From positions 806,001 through 870,000 of the forward strand of contig CP145411.1 in assembly GCA_036867785.1 (NCBI GenBank): a stretch of DNA of 64,000 nucleotides. The letters are read 5' to 3'. Within the stretch, counting starts at the first letter, position 1. Each line of letters starts with the position of its first letter. Under the pieces are notes generated by a model. It worked only from the letters and a program-made list of their open reading frames with translations. It was not told where the DNA came from and searched no databases. This document shows, one piece after another, positions 37,742 to 50,320 of this stretch. This DNA is from Plasmodiophora brassicae. Taxonomy: Eukaryota. The position numbers and the translations under genes were made by a program.

Positions 37742-39301
37742 ATGGAGTCGGGCGCTCGGGAGTTGTTGGTCAATCATGACCTGCCTGCGCCGGGCGGTAC
37801 CGACGACGTCGAAGTCAGTGTCGCGACGTCGTCCTCTGCCAAACCAGGGCGGCTAGTCGCCCTGGATGCATTCCGAGGGGCCGTCGTCATTCTCATGATA
37901 CTTGTCGACGATGCCGGGCCCGTCTACGGTCATGCCATCGACCACTCCCCTGTACGTCTCGTTATTGTTCCTGTACCGGTTGTCCGCTGACGGTATCTGT
38001 CGCTGTAGTGGGACGGCATTCGGCTTGCAGGTAGTGGAACGGTACGACAGGCAACACCGTTGATGAATCACCGGTGTAATCGTAGATGTCGTTATGCCTG
38101 CGTTCCTGTTCGCGGTCGGCTGCTCGACAGGACTATCAATCACCAGTCGCCGAAACAGAGGAGTGCAACGATGGGCGATCGCGAAAGATACCTTCTACCG
38201 ATGTAGCCGTTTGTTCGCGCTGGGCCTGTTGCTACAAGGCGGCACGTTCCCGAACGGGTACAGCCTTGCTAATTTACGAATTCCTGGGATTCTACAGCGA
38301 ATCGCGTTCGTCTTCTTCGCTGTTGTCCTCATTGAGCTGTATTCGCCAACGCTACGATCCGTCCGACATCACGTCCTTCGCTATATCGCTCAATACGTGG
38401 CGATGGCCGTGGTGTTGGCAGTTTACGCCTTGCTGATGTATGCTACGAGTGTCACGATGTCGTGTCCGCTAGGTCCATTGAAGCAAGACCCATCATGCAG
38501 TGCTCCCGGTTTCTGGGACCGTGCCATATTAGGCACTCGTCATATGGTCAGTCCCCCCTCAGCCCAACATGTTATGCAATCGTCCAGGGTAACGCTTTGA
38601 CATGTAGTATGGTGAACCAGTGTTCAATCGCTCGCCCGCTTGCTCGTCGTGCAGCCCAGCATTGTGCCCCAGGGACGACGCGCCGGTATGGTGCTCGCAG
38701 CCGTTTGATCCCGAGGGCTCTCTCAGCAGTATCTCGAGCATCGCCAGCGGATTTGCCGGGCTCCAGTTCGCCCACATCTTCAATGACGATAAGGACCGTC
38801 ATAGTCAGTCCCGCTCCTGGATGTTCATGTCGGCTTCTTGGTGCATTATCGGCGTGGCGTTTGTGGGTGCAGGAATCCCGCTCAACAAGAACTTGTACTC
38901 GCTGCCGTACGTCTTCGTTACCTCAGCCGGGAACATTGTCGTTCTCGCCGCTTTGTCCATCGTGTTTGAGAGCCGAGGCCACCAGCAGAAACTGTCCTAC
39001 GTCACAGCTGTCGGCCGGAATGCCATACTTGTTTTCGTGTTCGGCGCTAGCGGCATCCTAGACAACATGCTGACTTGGGTCTACTGGGACCAGCCATCTC
39101 AAAATGTAGGAGCGTGCGTTTACTCCGATGACGGTTGCTGATGGCAAATGGCAACAGATTGTCAACACAGTTATCAACTTGTGTATTGACGTTCTCGGAC
39201 CGGACATGGGTCTCCTCGTCTATGTGGCCCTACTCAAGATAGTGTTCTGGATCGCCGTCTGTAAAACGCTCGACCAGAAAGGAAAATACTACACGATTTG
39301 A
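37742..39301 (+). CDS. HGSNAT-like transmembrane N-acetyltransferase, multi-exon
   Basis: RLVALDAFRG, ILVDDAG, HSP|WDGIRLAD|VVMPAFLFAVG, LRIPGILQRIA, FDPEGSLSSI, PLNKNLYS. Confidence 0.9.
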
Positions 39302-39341
39302 AAGGGAGAGCATTACGCGAGAGCCGCTGTATATCCCATTC

Positions 39342-39777
39342 TTATTTGCCTTCATCTTCCTTCTTCTCAATGCTGAAGTACTTGAGCTTGTATGAAGTCT
39401 TCGTGTCAGCAATAACCCGGATGTAGTCGCGAAGCTGGTGCTTCTTGAGGAACTTCTGGGTCAGGTACTTCAGGTAGCGCTTGCTGAACTGAATGTTGCA
39501 CTGGACATTGACAGCCTTGCCGTCGCGGGACAGGACGACATTGTCACCGAGAACACCCGTCTTGCCATTGATCTTAATGCGCTCGTTCAGGTACGTCTCG
39601 AACGCCGCCATGTCAAAGATGCCATCCGCGACCGGGACCTCGCAGTTGATCGACAGCTTGACAGCCGCCTTCTTGCCAGCAGGGACCTTCTCGGTCTTAC
39701 GCTAAACACAATAAAGGACCCGTCATCACTCAGCTCCTCTGAGACATGGTAACGGTCCAAACCTTGGTGACGGCCAT
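39342..39777 (-). CDS. RPL22: 60S ribosomal protein L22 (eL22), one intron
   Basis: MAVTK|RKTEKVP...INCEVPVADGIFDMAAFETYLNERIKINGKTG...FSKRYLKYLTQKFLKKHQLRDYIRVIA. Confidence 0.96.
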
Positions 39778-39851
39778 CGGGACGTTAGCAGAAGTACCAG
39801 CTTCGTGCCGCGGATCCCGTCGCGCAGTCCGCGGAACTCGCGCTCCTCGAT

Positions 39852-39870
39852 GTATAGACGGCGCCCTAAT
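39852..39870 (-). promoter_or_regulatory. Candidate promoter motif ATTAGGGCG-N5-TATAC upstream of RPL22
   Basis: Motif 85 nt upstream of the ATG, in the same orientation as at RPL27A. Confidence 0.45.
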
Positions 39871-39937
39871 CTTATAACCTGCGCAATGTAGTCGAGGCGT
39901 CTGCTGACTGACGGTATCATTATTATTCGTCTCGTCA

Positions 39938-41380
39938 TCATATTTGCTCGACACTTGCAAGAACATGGTCATATTCTTTGATGGTGTCGTCGTACAGGTC
40001 GGCGAGGATCTTCTTGCGGTCCTCGACGCTCCGTCTGACACCGCCGAGTACCTCGCGCTGTAAACGTCGCTTGACTTCAAGGCGGTAATCGGTCCACGCC
40101 TGCTCGTCGTCGTTGCTTCGCAGCTCGTGCAACTTGAGCATCTCATAGAGGCGCCGGATTTGGGATATCGGAATCTTTAGCTGCTCCCGAATGTCCTTCG
40201 CATATCTCGCGTCCCATTTCTCCAGCGCATTTGGAAACGATGACGTCCGTTGACGCTTTCGTCGGGTACCTGGAGACTTGCTAACATCACTGCTATCGCT
40301 TCTTGCAAAGAAACCAGCGCCGACAATGCGTTGGAGATCAAGCACATCGCGGAGCCGCTGGAAAGCGGGGGCTGGGTCTTCGACGGTAACCTCGAAGCAA
40401 CCACATTCAATGGCGTTGTCGTAAACTGCTTGAAGTAATCGACGCCCGTGTCCTTGTCGTTGATACGGAGGAAAGACAATGATCTGGCTCAGCCGATGAC
40501 GTTCACCTCCAGGATGTGCATCTGGGCAATATATGTCAGCATCCTGACGGAGTAGCAGCCTGGATCGACCCTTACAGAAGGAGTACACAGTAACGTAACC
40601 ACAAATGTCGACGAACTTGCTGGCGTTAACGGACTCACTCGGTTGCCTTTGCCTGTACAGCAGCAAAAGAGACCACTTGTCGTCAGAGTCATCGATGAAC
40701 GACGCATTCTCGATGAAACAGGTCGCATGGAACCTCAATCGTTCATGGAGCTTTCGAACGCCTTTCATTGCAAAATCCGCCTACGATGTTTACTGCTCTT
40801 ACTAACCAGGTTTTACAGATTACTCCCAATAGGCCGCACCTTTCTGATGAAGAACGGAACAGGGTCGGTATCGGGTGCTTCCACGCATTCGTATGATGCA
40901 ATTAGTTTGCCAAGTGGAGCGAAAGGTTCTTTCAGTTTCTGGTGTAGTCGTAGACTGAGATGAATCACGTGACTTCGTACTTGCTCGTCGTGCTTACCTT
41001 GATGAAGACGTCCTGGTCCAATGTTGCAAAATCGGGCTGATTAGGTAGGAACGCCTCGAGCGCACCGAGGACATCGTCGGCATCAGACGACTGCCGGATC
41101 GATACGAAATCGGGACCCAACAGATACAACGAATGGGCCTGCCACGAAGGTCAGAACACGCTGTATGTTTAGGATGTCACGTATTATTGCGAAATCGTCG
41201 TACGGCGAAGTGCATTGTCAGCAGCGGGCTCTCATGGCCCTTGATCTTCTCATCCTGGAAGATCTGATGGACGAATTCCGGCGAGTACGCGAACCGTTGC
41301 TTGACAGAGCGCCCCCGGTCAAGTTCGCTCGGGTCGCGAACCAACTGGAAATGGATGACGGAGCGTGCGTCAACTTCCAT
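39938..41380 (-). CDS. HAT1: Histone acetyltransferase type B catalytic subunit, multi-exon (start approximate)
   Basis: FAYSPEFVHQIFQDEKIKG, LHERLRFHATCFIENASFID, RLSQIIVFPPYQRQGHG, EVTVEDP. Confidence 0.92.
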
Positions 41381-41604
41381 TCACCGCAACGCAATGCGCC
41401 GAAAATCGCTGTCCGTTCGGCTTCGTCTTCGACGGGTATGGCGTAATCGTATGGCAGACTGGAAGGAGTCGACTATTGAATTGGCGATAGAAACCGGACA
41501 TATTTGAACAACTAGAAACTCGAACAATTTTCTCTACCTGCACCTGTCTCAAACGACTACCTAGGACAATGCAGCGAATGGATTTACTCGAACTGCGATG
41601 GTGG

Positions 41605-42744
41605 TTACCACCAGAAGCAGCAGAACAGCGCTTTCCACGGGCTGCCTGTGTGTGCAGGGTCGGTGGTCGCCTGTGAAGCTGGAGGGACGTCAGTTACATG
41701 GATCGGTTCCAGAAGTGGTTGTCGTAGTTCATCGAGCTTGGTGCTGGGCACCACCTCCTTGGAATCCTGGCCGATCAGTTGGCTCGCGGATGGCGGCCAC
41801 GTATCGTCCGTCTTGCTCGCGATCAGCATGCCCATCGAACTACTTTCCGTGCTGCCAACAACGTTCCCTTCGACGGTGATGTTGCTGCTCTCAACGCCAT
41901 CGCCTGACTTCGTACCGAGGCATGCGTTCAGCGGAACGGCCTTGGCAATCAGGGCGTCTGTTGCAATCGGTTGCGATCTCGTCAGGGCGTTGACAACGAT
42001 GACGCTGTCCTCCTGCTGCTCGTCGTCGGCAGATGCGTAACTGACGCTAAGCCCGGCGTGGTACTCATCACGGTCAGCGGCAACACGTCGCGACTTGCGC
42101 CTGATCCTCTTGGAGAGCTTCGCCAGACCCGGACCTTTCTCCAACTTCAGGGTTGGAGGACCTGAGGTGGTCCCGAACGTGATACTCTGTCCGATGCTAT
42201 AGTCTGCGCCGTCGTGAACCTTGCCGACGCGACGCATTCGAGGCGATGACGTCACGTTCGAGGAAGCCATCGAGCAGCTCGACATTTCGTTCTCGTCATC
42301 ATCGTCGTCGTCGTCGTCGTCCGTGCGAAGGCCTGCGTTCGCCAGGTACATTTCTGTGTTCTCGCCATCGGTCCTGAAGCTGAGACTGCTTTCGCCTTGA
42401 ATGCTGCACGATTTCCCGGTCAACTCATCATCGTCGACGTTGAGCACGTCTTCGTGGCGTTCACGATCAGACATCGACGACACGATCTCGCCTTGGGGTT
42501 CAGCGGTGGTCACAGTGGCCATCTGCGGGTTCACGTTCTCCGATTCTTGCGTCAGCGTCACTGACGATAATCGTGGCCTCTGGTGTCCTGGCTTGTCGGC
42601 GGGCACCATCGGTGGAGTCTGGAAGAATGGCGTTCCCTTAATCTTGGCCTGGCGCGGTCGTCGACCGTTCTTGTTCAGGGCGTTCCATTGCGATGACATA
42701 CTCGCCGAATGACAGGGTATGGCCTCGCCAGTTGGGGGCAGCAC
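41605..42744 (-). CDS. Hypothetical low-complexity acidic/Ser-rich protein (start uncertain)
   Basis: 379-aa open frame with a poly-Asp run, ending SPWKALFCCFWW*. No recognised domain. Confidence 0.55.
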   Translation of the reverse strand: MLPPTGEAIPCHSASMSSQWNALNKNGRRPRQAKIKGTPFFQTPPMVPADKPGHQRPRLSSVTLTQESENVNPQMATVTTAEPQGEIVSSMSDRERHEDVLNVDDDELTGKSCSIQGESSLSFRTDGENTEMYLANAGLRTDDDDDDDDDENEMSSCSMASSNVTSSPRMRRVGKVHDGADYSIGQSITFGTTSGPPTLKLEKGPGLAKLSKRIRRKSRRVAADRDEYHAGLSVSYASADDEQQEDSVIVVNALTRSQPIATDALIAKAVPLNACLGTKSGDGVESSNITVEGNVVGSTESSSMGMLIASKTDDTWPPSASQLIGQDSKEVVPSTKLDELRQPLLEPIHVTDVPPASQATTDPAHTGSPWKALFCCFWW

Positions 42745-43119
42745 TGGGTGCCAACGGGACGCGAGCAGCCCTCAAACCCGGACGCGGCCTCCATGGATAT
42801 CTGAGGCCTGCCTGTAACTCCTGAGGCCGCGGCCAGCACATGTCCAAAGTCCCGGCTCGTCCTCAGACAGCGATCTGGTCGCTCCAAGCCAATGTCCAGC
42901 TCGTGGTTGTACGCAGTGCGCTCACGGGGACCCTTACGGGTGGCTGATGAGCATTAGGGCGCGCTTCGTATACACGCTGCATGCCGCGGTGTCCGTGGCT
43001 GTGCAGTGCGACTGCGAAGACCGCGCAAGAACGAAATCCCCTAAACGATGCTGCTGCAGCTGTAAGTCTTGTGCAAGCACTCAGCATCTATCCATCAGCA
43101 AGCAGGCCCGGCTGCCAAT

Positions 43120-44317
43120 ATGGGCAAGCCCCTGGAGTTCGTCTTCGAGGAAGGCGTTGTTCCACGTCAAGATGCGACGGTCCGGTCGGGTTCAAACCGT
43201 GGAGTGCCGGTGTCCCCAGAGTCGATCTCAAAGACGTCGTCCTCACTGGCGAACGACGGGACCGACTCGCACACTGGCTACGCAAGTGGTACGAGCCCTG
43301 TCGCGCTTGACAAGGCCACTGCCAGAATCCCCGCGACAATCGGCAAGCGCAAACGGCATAATCTGACCCCATTTCAGCATCGCGTTCTCGAGGAAGCCTT
43401 TGCAGAGAATCCTCACCCCAGCCGAAAGACGAGAATCGATTTGGCTACTGCTATCGGGCTTGACGTCGACAAGGTCCGGAAATGGTTCGAGAATCGCCGG
43501 GTAATTATCCACGGCCAGTACAAGGCTAATCGAGTATTAACACGTTCGCACACAGAACAAACAGAAGAAGACCTGTCAACCTGGGGCGAATCTGATGGCG
43601 AAGATCGCGAAACCGACGGTCGCGTTTGTTCGCAACGAGTACGATGTGAATTGGAAGGTTGCCATCTCCCCTCAGACGAATCGTGCTCCCTTGCCGCGCG
43701 GATCTCGTCATGTCGTTCTGGACTGCGAACCAGGGGACATCTGCAATGATCCCTGGCGTGCCGTACGCTCGGAGAGTATTTCGGGTGATGCCGTTGGCCA
43801 CGCCCTCGCGCCGTTCCACAGCGAGTTCATCTTCGCCATCGCATCGTCTATCAGGTCGCGTTTCGGTGTTGTCGATGATGCGGGCGACATCATCATGGCT
43901 CAGGAAACGTTCCGGATGACGGCCGAGTTCCTGTTCTCGATCGTCCAATTCGACAGCCGCCTGACACTGTGGTACGCGAACAACGCCATGTGTGAAATCT
44001 GTTGCTTCTCGCTGCCGGGTGCCGATTACGACGACGAGGTTCGCGTGGAATGTGCGACGGAATCGATCGGCGGTCAGATGGACCGGGTTGTGTTCCAAGT
44101 CCACCTTCCTGATATCGCCGACGAAACGTTGATGATGGGCTGCAAGCGTGGTTCCCATGGACAGTCAGTCGTGTGGGGCGATATCGAATGGATGAAGTCC
44201 CGACTGGGCGCTGCCCGCCTGGAGACTCGCGACGCGTGGTCCCTGTTGGTTTTCCTCGGCATCGGCCGTCCTACCGTTCCAGAGCAGTGGCTTGCTGAAC
44301 TGATTGATACGCTGTAA
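43120..44317 (+). CDS. Homeodomain protein with an uncharacterised C-terminal region
   Basis: KRKRHNLTPFQHRVLEEAFAENPHPSRKTRIDLATAIGLDVDKVRKWFENRR|NKQKK. Intron 43501-43555 joins it to ORF 43595..44317. Confidence 0.88.
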
Positions 44318-44382
44318 TGCTTACGACGCCGCCGATAATCGCTTTGGCTTTAATTCACGAGCATAAACTATCCTATTATGGT

Positions 44383-44992
44383 TCATGGGTTGCTCGTTTC
44401 TGGTTGCTCGTGACCAGCAACCGCAATCAGATATGTCGAGTCGTCCACGGCGAACTTCGCGAATGTGTCGTCAGAGACGACGACCTCGTTCTGGATCAGG
44501 TGCAGTGCATCTGCAATCATCGCAGCAATCTGGTGTTTGCACTATGCGCCGGTCAGACTTCCCCAGCGATACCAGTGCAGAGGCATGGTAACGAACATAT
44601 GCTGCGGTGGCGTGCAGGACCACTATGTTGTTGAACGCTGGACAGGAACAGTGACGTGACGTGCACCGATACGGGCGGGTCCCGCGCACCCGAAACGCTT
44701 GCCCGCCTGACACAGATCGGACCCGTTCGATGCCGCGCCCGTCCACGATATCCACAGCGCGCTCCAGAATATTACCAGGTATCACGAAATGTAAACTGCC
44801 AGGCAGCGTTAGACATTGGCAACCGCCGCAACGACCCGATCCCGCATACGTTGCCAGGTCCGCATCCGACACTACATCCACTGTCAGACGGTTGCAACGG
44901 CGCGCGTCGCCACGGTTTTACAGACGCTGCCCGGTGCGCCGACAGTTATCGATAACGGCGTCCACGATACGCTGAGCAATCGCCGGCGCCAT
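44383..44992 (-). CDS. SWIM zinc-finger protein, ZSWIM7/SWS1-like
   Basis: Small spliced protein: ILERAVDIVD...FRVRG...YRCTSRHCSCPAF...|CKHQIA (CxC...CxH SWIM motif). Confidence 0.8.
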
Positions 44993-45157
44993 TGCGCCCC
45001 TTCCTCCCGATGCCGGCCGGGTGCACCCTGCGGCTGCAGTGAGTGCAGCAGCGCGAGCTGAGCGGCGGATGGTGGGGCGGGGCGCGGCCTCTTCCGGCAA
45101 CCTGTCCTGCGATCGACGCGACACGCGGCATTCTTCGGGGGGGGCGCCGGTTGTCCT

Positions 45158-47196
45158 ATGTCGGGCGATCCGCATGCCGTTAAGATTCGTACGTGGGGGG
45201 TCGGGGTCTGCGACCGGGTCGCCGTCTGAACCCGCTCGTCGGCAGGCGAATGGTTCGCGCACGCGGATACGATCAATTGTGCACATATCGGGCCCATGTC
45301 GGGGCGGTTGCTGGCCACCGGCGCCGACGACCGCGTCGTCAACGTGTGGAAGATGGATGAAACGCGGCCGATACTTGTAATTTGTAGGGGAAGCCGCTGC
45401 CGATTCGCGGGACTGATCGTCGTGCTATAGTCCTTAAAGTCGCATTCAGATGCGGTTGTTTGTGTCAAGCTGACGTCAGGCGAGGAGACCCTGGTGTCAG
45501 GATGTCGAAGCGGTGGGGTATGCATTTGGGATTTGGAAAGCGGAGGCTGTATGTTCGGTTTCCACCCGCCTGTGCTTCGTGGTGATGACGATTGCAACGA
45601 CAGCGCTGAAACGGATGATCGGTGGTCATCGAGGGCCCATCAGCGCAATCGACCCACACCCGTTTGGCGATTATTTCGCATTCGCAACTGTCGACGGGAA
45701 ATTTGAGGTCATCGCAAGTACTCTGCCGTCTCGTGCACGGTTAACGTTTCACGTCAAACAGATTTGGAACACAAGGAGTCGAACGAAGGTCGCCACGTAT
45801 CCCGGCAATGGTTGTGCCATCACTGTCCTAAAGCACAGTCCGGATGGCCATTGCATCGCTGCAGGAGATGCGTCTGGGCGGATTAAGGTCTGATGTTTGC
45901 GTTTTCTACTTACAACGGCATTGCAGTTGACCATGCTATAGCTGTGGGACTTGAAGGAATGCAAGCTCGTGGGCGATTTTAATGGCGACGATCGCGGTTG
46001 CGTGCGATCCATTGCATTCCATCCGAAGGAAACCTTGTTCGCCAGCGGTGGCGAATCTGGACGCGGGGACATATATGAGATTTGGGAGCGATCCATTAAC
46101 CACTTCGCCAGTTTTGAGCTGGCTGAAGATGTTTCCGCCATCGCCTTCAATACCAAGGGTCCAGCGGCGATCCTTTCAGCTGGTCCGACATCGCTGACGG
46201 TAAACGTGATACGCTCCGTGTTCATACGATCTGTATATGATAGGGCATCTGCTAGATTTTGTCTGCGGATATGCCTGCGATGAAAACTCTGGGGCAATCC
46301 CAAGCACCATTTTCAGGTCTGGCTGATTTGTTTCATAGGCAGTACGACGAAGGCATGTCTGTTACCGTCGCTGCCTGTCTGTCTCATACGACCGTGTCGC
46401 TGTTCTCCATCCACCTTCCAGTACGTTCACGTTCATCCCACTTCCTGTGGACGTGGCTCAACTAATGGACGCCTCATAGGATTCGCTTTTCGGGACGAAC
46501 CGTGAGGAGCAACCCGTCGGAAAGGAGCCCTCAGCCGTCGAGAGTCATCCGCCTACCACGTCCACTGACATTCTTCCGCTGTTGATCGAGGATCATGAAA
46601 CCGTCATGAAAGCATTGTCCAGCAAGTTGACCCAGTTAAAGCTGCTCAGTGGGTATTGCGAGATCTCGTTATCATTGTACACTAAACATTGGTCTGCGCA
46701 GGTTCGTTGTGGTCCCAGGGCAGGACTGGTGACGCGATCGATGCCCTTCGGAGATCTTCCGATACGCTAGCGGCTGCCGACTTCCTGCCGGCAACTGAGC
46801 AACGAATGGCCGGCGGAGCTCTAAAACTGAGCATGTGCCCAGCTTTATTAGCCATCGTCGAGCGGGTCCTGAGTAGCAAATTCGAGGACCACGTCCGCGT
46901 CGCTCTCAGCAGTCTAGGCATGGTTTTGCTCTGCTTCTCCACGGTTATCCGTTCTACGCGAAGCCAGGCGCCCCGCTTGACATCAACAGACATCTCAATG
47001 GACGAAAGGTCTCGTTGCTGAGCACTCGGCGGGCGCACACTCACTGATTGCTCTTCGCAGATTAGAACGATGTCATGAGTGCTATTCATTGTTAACGACG
47101 ACCATCGCCGAACACGTCCGGCGTCTGAAGGCCCGCACAGGCGAAATCGGCGAATCGGCAGCGGAACTGCTGACAAAGATTGAAGCCCTCCGCTGA
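45158..47196 (+). CDS. KATNB1: Katanin p80 WD40 subunit, multi-exon
   Basis: AHADTINCAHIGPMSGRLLATGADDRVVNVW, HPFGDYFA, SPDGHCIAAG, FHPKETLFASG. C-terminal con80-like segment LSSKFEDHV...DISMDER. Confidence 0.85.
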
Positions 47197-47410
47197 ACCT
47201 GGCCTTTTCATTCTATAACACTATTTATTGTGTCGCATACCGGTCAGCCTCACAGTTAGTTTTACGTTATTGGGGTTTCGCAAGCGCCTCGGCATCGGGT
47301 CCGAGGACCGTAACTTCAGCTTGCAGAGCGCCAGCTTCCCCGGCCTGGCAGAGCCGGCCAATACCCTTTGTGCAGGGAACTTGCAGTGCGGCGCGATCCG
47401 ACTAGAGCGG

Positions 47411-50320
47411 TCACCGCTCTTGTATTATGCCGACGGGTTCGCGCATGATGGAGGCGGCCAGTGACCGCCCTCGGGCATCGCCGAGACAGGCGGCCCGATT
47501 TGACCACTGAAGCGCAACGAACAACGGCGACGACGCAGCACAGAATGGCTGGCGTTTCGCGATCTCGACATAGACGGAGGCGAGCAGAACCATGGCATCG
47601 GCGTCGTCCGTGGCGTCCGCTGACGCTTCCAGCACTCGGCGAGCCGCGACCCAGTCCTGGTCGACACCCCTCGTTCCCGTCAAGTGGCACAGGGCCAAAT
47701 CCAGGCAGGCGGGCGCATACACCTGGTCAGCTGCACTTCGCAGGAGAGCGGGATCATCGTGTTGCAGTCGCTTCCAGAGCAGGTACTGCGCTTTCGGGTC
47801 GCCCAACGATGCCGCCTTCTCAAGCAGGGCCGGCGCACGTCGATCGTCAGGTCGGCGTTCGGCAATGGCAACCATTGCCCACGACGCGTCATCGACAACG
47901 CCGACCACTTTGTCGACGGCGACCATTGCCCGATCCGACAATCGATCCTGCAGCCGTACGAACGCATCACGGCTGCCTTGTGCGATGGCCTGTTCGAGCC
48001 AGAACACCGAACGCGTCTCATCAGTCACAGCCGACGCCAGGCGCAGTTGCGCCTCGATCAGATGCGCCTTCGCCGCCTTGTCGTACCAGATCAACGCGCG
48101 GTCGGCGCTGGCAGCCGGAGCCCCGCCCGACCCAACTGAGATCAAGTCGCCAACCAGCAACTGTCAAAGAAGCCAGATGGACCCCGTTAGAATGAGACGG
48201 TGTCGGGACCAAGGCCAGCAAACAGGTACCTGAGCGCGCGCGTGCCCCAAACGCGCTGCCTTCGTCGCCAGGTCGAACGCGTCGGAAGGCGTGGACCGCG
48301 CCCGTTGGTACAGCACCTCGGCGTGGTCCTGCCCTCCTGCCAGGGACACTGCACCTGGGATGCCTTGCGCCAGGAGCATGGCGATCGCCAGCGGATGGTG
48401 CCCGTCAGCTGCTCGCCTGAGAAGCGCGATCGACTCGTCAGGCCCCCAGCAGTGTAAGCTCATCAGGAAGGCGGCATGACTATCGCCTGCATCGCACGCC
48501 TCCTGCAGAAGCGACATGGCCCGCGCCTTGCACGGCCGACGACCGTCGCCCACAGGGTAGAGATGCATGAGCGCTAAGGCGGTCAGCGCCCTGCGAACAC
48601 CCGCCCTGGCACTCTTGCGCAGCCAGAGGCGCGCTTGACCCCAGGAACCCGCCCGAACCATCCGGAACGCCAGCGTCAACTGTGCATCGCCGTCGCCAGC
48701 CTTGGCCGCAGACACGATGCTGTCGTCGTCACCGACGTCGTTGTCGCCCAAGCACTCATTGTCGACCGCAGCGTTGGCCTCCTGGTCTGACGGGCCGGGG
48801 CAATCGCGACGGACGGCCCGACGCAGCCAGGCGTCCCGATGAGGATGATGCTGGCACGTCGCCAGCTCATGCTGGGCGTCCGCGTCACCTCCATCGGCAG
48901 CCCGTTCAATCCACGAAGACCACGTCTGCACGTCGTTCTGCTCCTGCAGCGCCTGATGGGCGAACCACAGCTGCGCCTTGGGGACACCGGCGTCGGCCGC
49001 CACCTGCATCCAGTGCAGGCGATCGAGTCGCGTCTCCTGGGCCATGCCGATCTCGACCATCGCCTCCAGGCTGCCAGCACGCGCCGCCGACTCCCAGAAC
49101 GTGTCCGCCTTCGCAGGCGCAGGCGCGCGCCGGGCCTGCTCCAGCAGGGCATCGCCGGATCCGAGCGAAGACGCCCGCTCCAACCACCTGGCTTGCTCGT
49201 CGTCGTCGTCCGTCATTCCAGCCAACAGGAACGCCGCCTCTGCACAGCCGGCGTTCGCGCCCGCACGTAACCATCGCCTAGCCTCGTCCAGGTCAACGTC
49301 GACGTACAGACCGATACGGTGCAGGCGTGCCAGTTCGATCTGGGCCGGCCAATGCCCCGCCAGGGCTGCTTGTCGCAGGAAGTACAGCGCCTGGTTGACG
49401 TCGCCAGGAGATTCCTCTACGAACCGCGATCCATCGACAACGCCTCGGTGGAACAGCACCAGCTCGGCCAGCATGAACTGGCATTCCGACGATCCATCCT
49501 CGGCGCCCGTGATCAGGAACGGGCGCGCCAGCTGCCCTTGCCCCCGGTGCTGGTAGTGCTGGCCCAATTCGATGATCGCCGTAATGCAACGGTTCGAGGC
49601 AGCTTCGCGCAGGTGCTCGACCCGTTGCCTGTCCTGGTCATCCCGGCCGGCGTGTTCCGCCGACGGATTCTGCAGGTGACGTGCCAGGTCAGCTTGAGCG
49701 GACACGTCGCCACGTTCGGCAGCCTTTCGCAGCAGGGCACGACCTTCGTCAGCTGTCGCATCGTCGTCCAGCAATAGACGACCGAGGCGGCTTTGCGCCT
49801 GGAGATGACCCTTGCCGGCCGCCAGTCGTAACCAGCGCGTTGCCGTTGCCAGGTCGGGCTGGAGCTCCGGAGGACGTCCTTCCTGATATGCGACCCCGAG
49901 CAGGAACTGGGCGTCCGTGTCCGACTGAGCGCTCGCCTTCTTGTACCATTGCAGGGCTTGCCGGATATCACGACTGCCGTTGGCGCCGGACCCTTGCTCG
50001 TAGCATTGCCCTAGAGCCGTCTGCGCCGGCGCCAGGTCATGGAGCTGGGCAGCGCGTCGTAACCACTGCAGCGACTGTCCTTGGTCCAGGCCTCGAACCA
50101 GCTCGGCAGTCAGCAACATGGCAGGGGGCAGGCCGCACTCTGCGGCCTGCATTGCATATCGGATGGCGTCGTCCTTCTGGCCCGCGTCGCCACCCGACGC
50201 CAGCTTGCGTGCAAGGGTGAATAGAGCCTCTGGATCGCAACGGGCGCAATCAGCTTGCGCCGCTTTATCCAGCCAGGCCTTCGCATCGTGGTCGCGCCTG
50301 CGCCGATGGTGACGAACCAT
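47411..50320 (-). CDS. Sel1-repeat protein, partial inverted duplicate (intact frame, new start and stop; expression unknown)
   Basis: In-frame ATG at 50320 just outside the duplicated block. Two exons with Sel1 repeats (AQTALGQCYEQGSG...QALQWYKKA). Stop at 47411. Confidence 0.55.

Noticed and set aside
42295-42321. (TCG/TCA)n trinucleotide run
   Set aside because: Simply encodes the poly-Asp stretch of the minus-strand protein.
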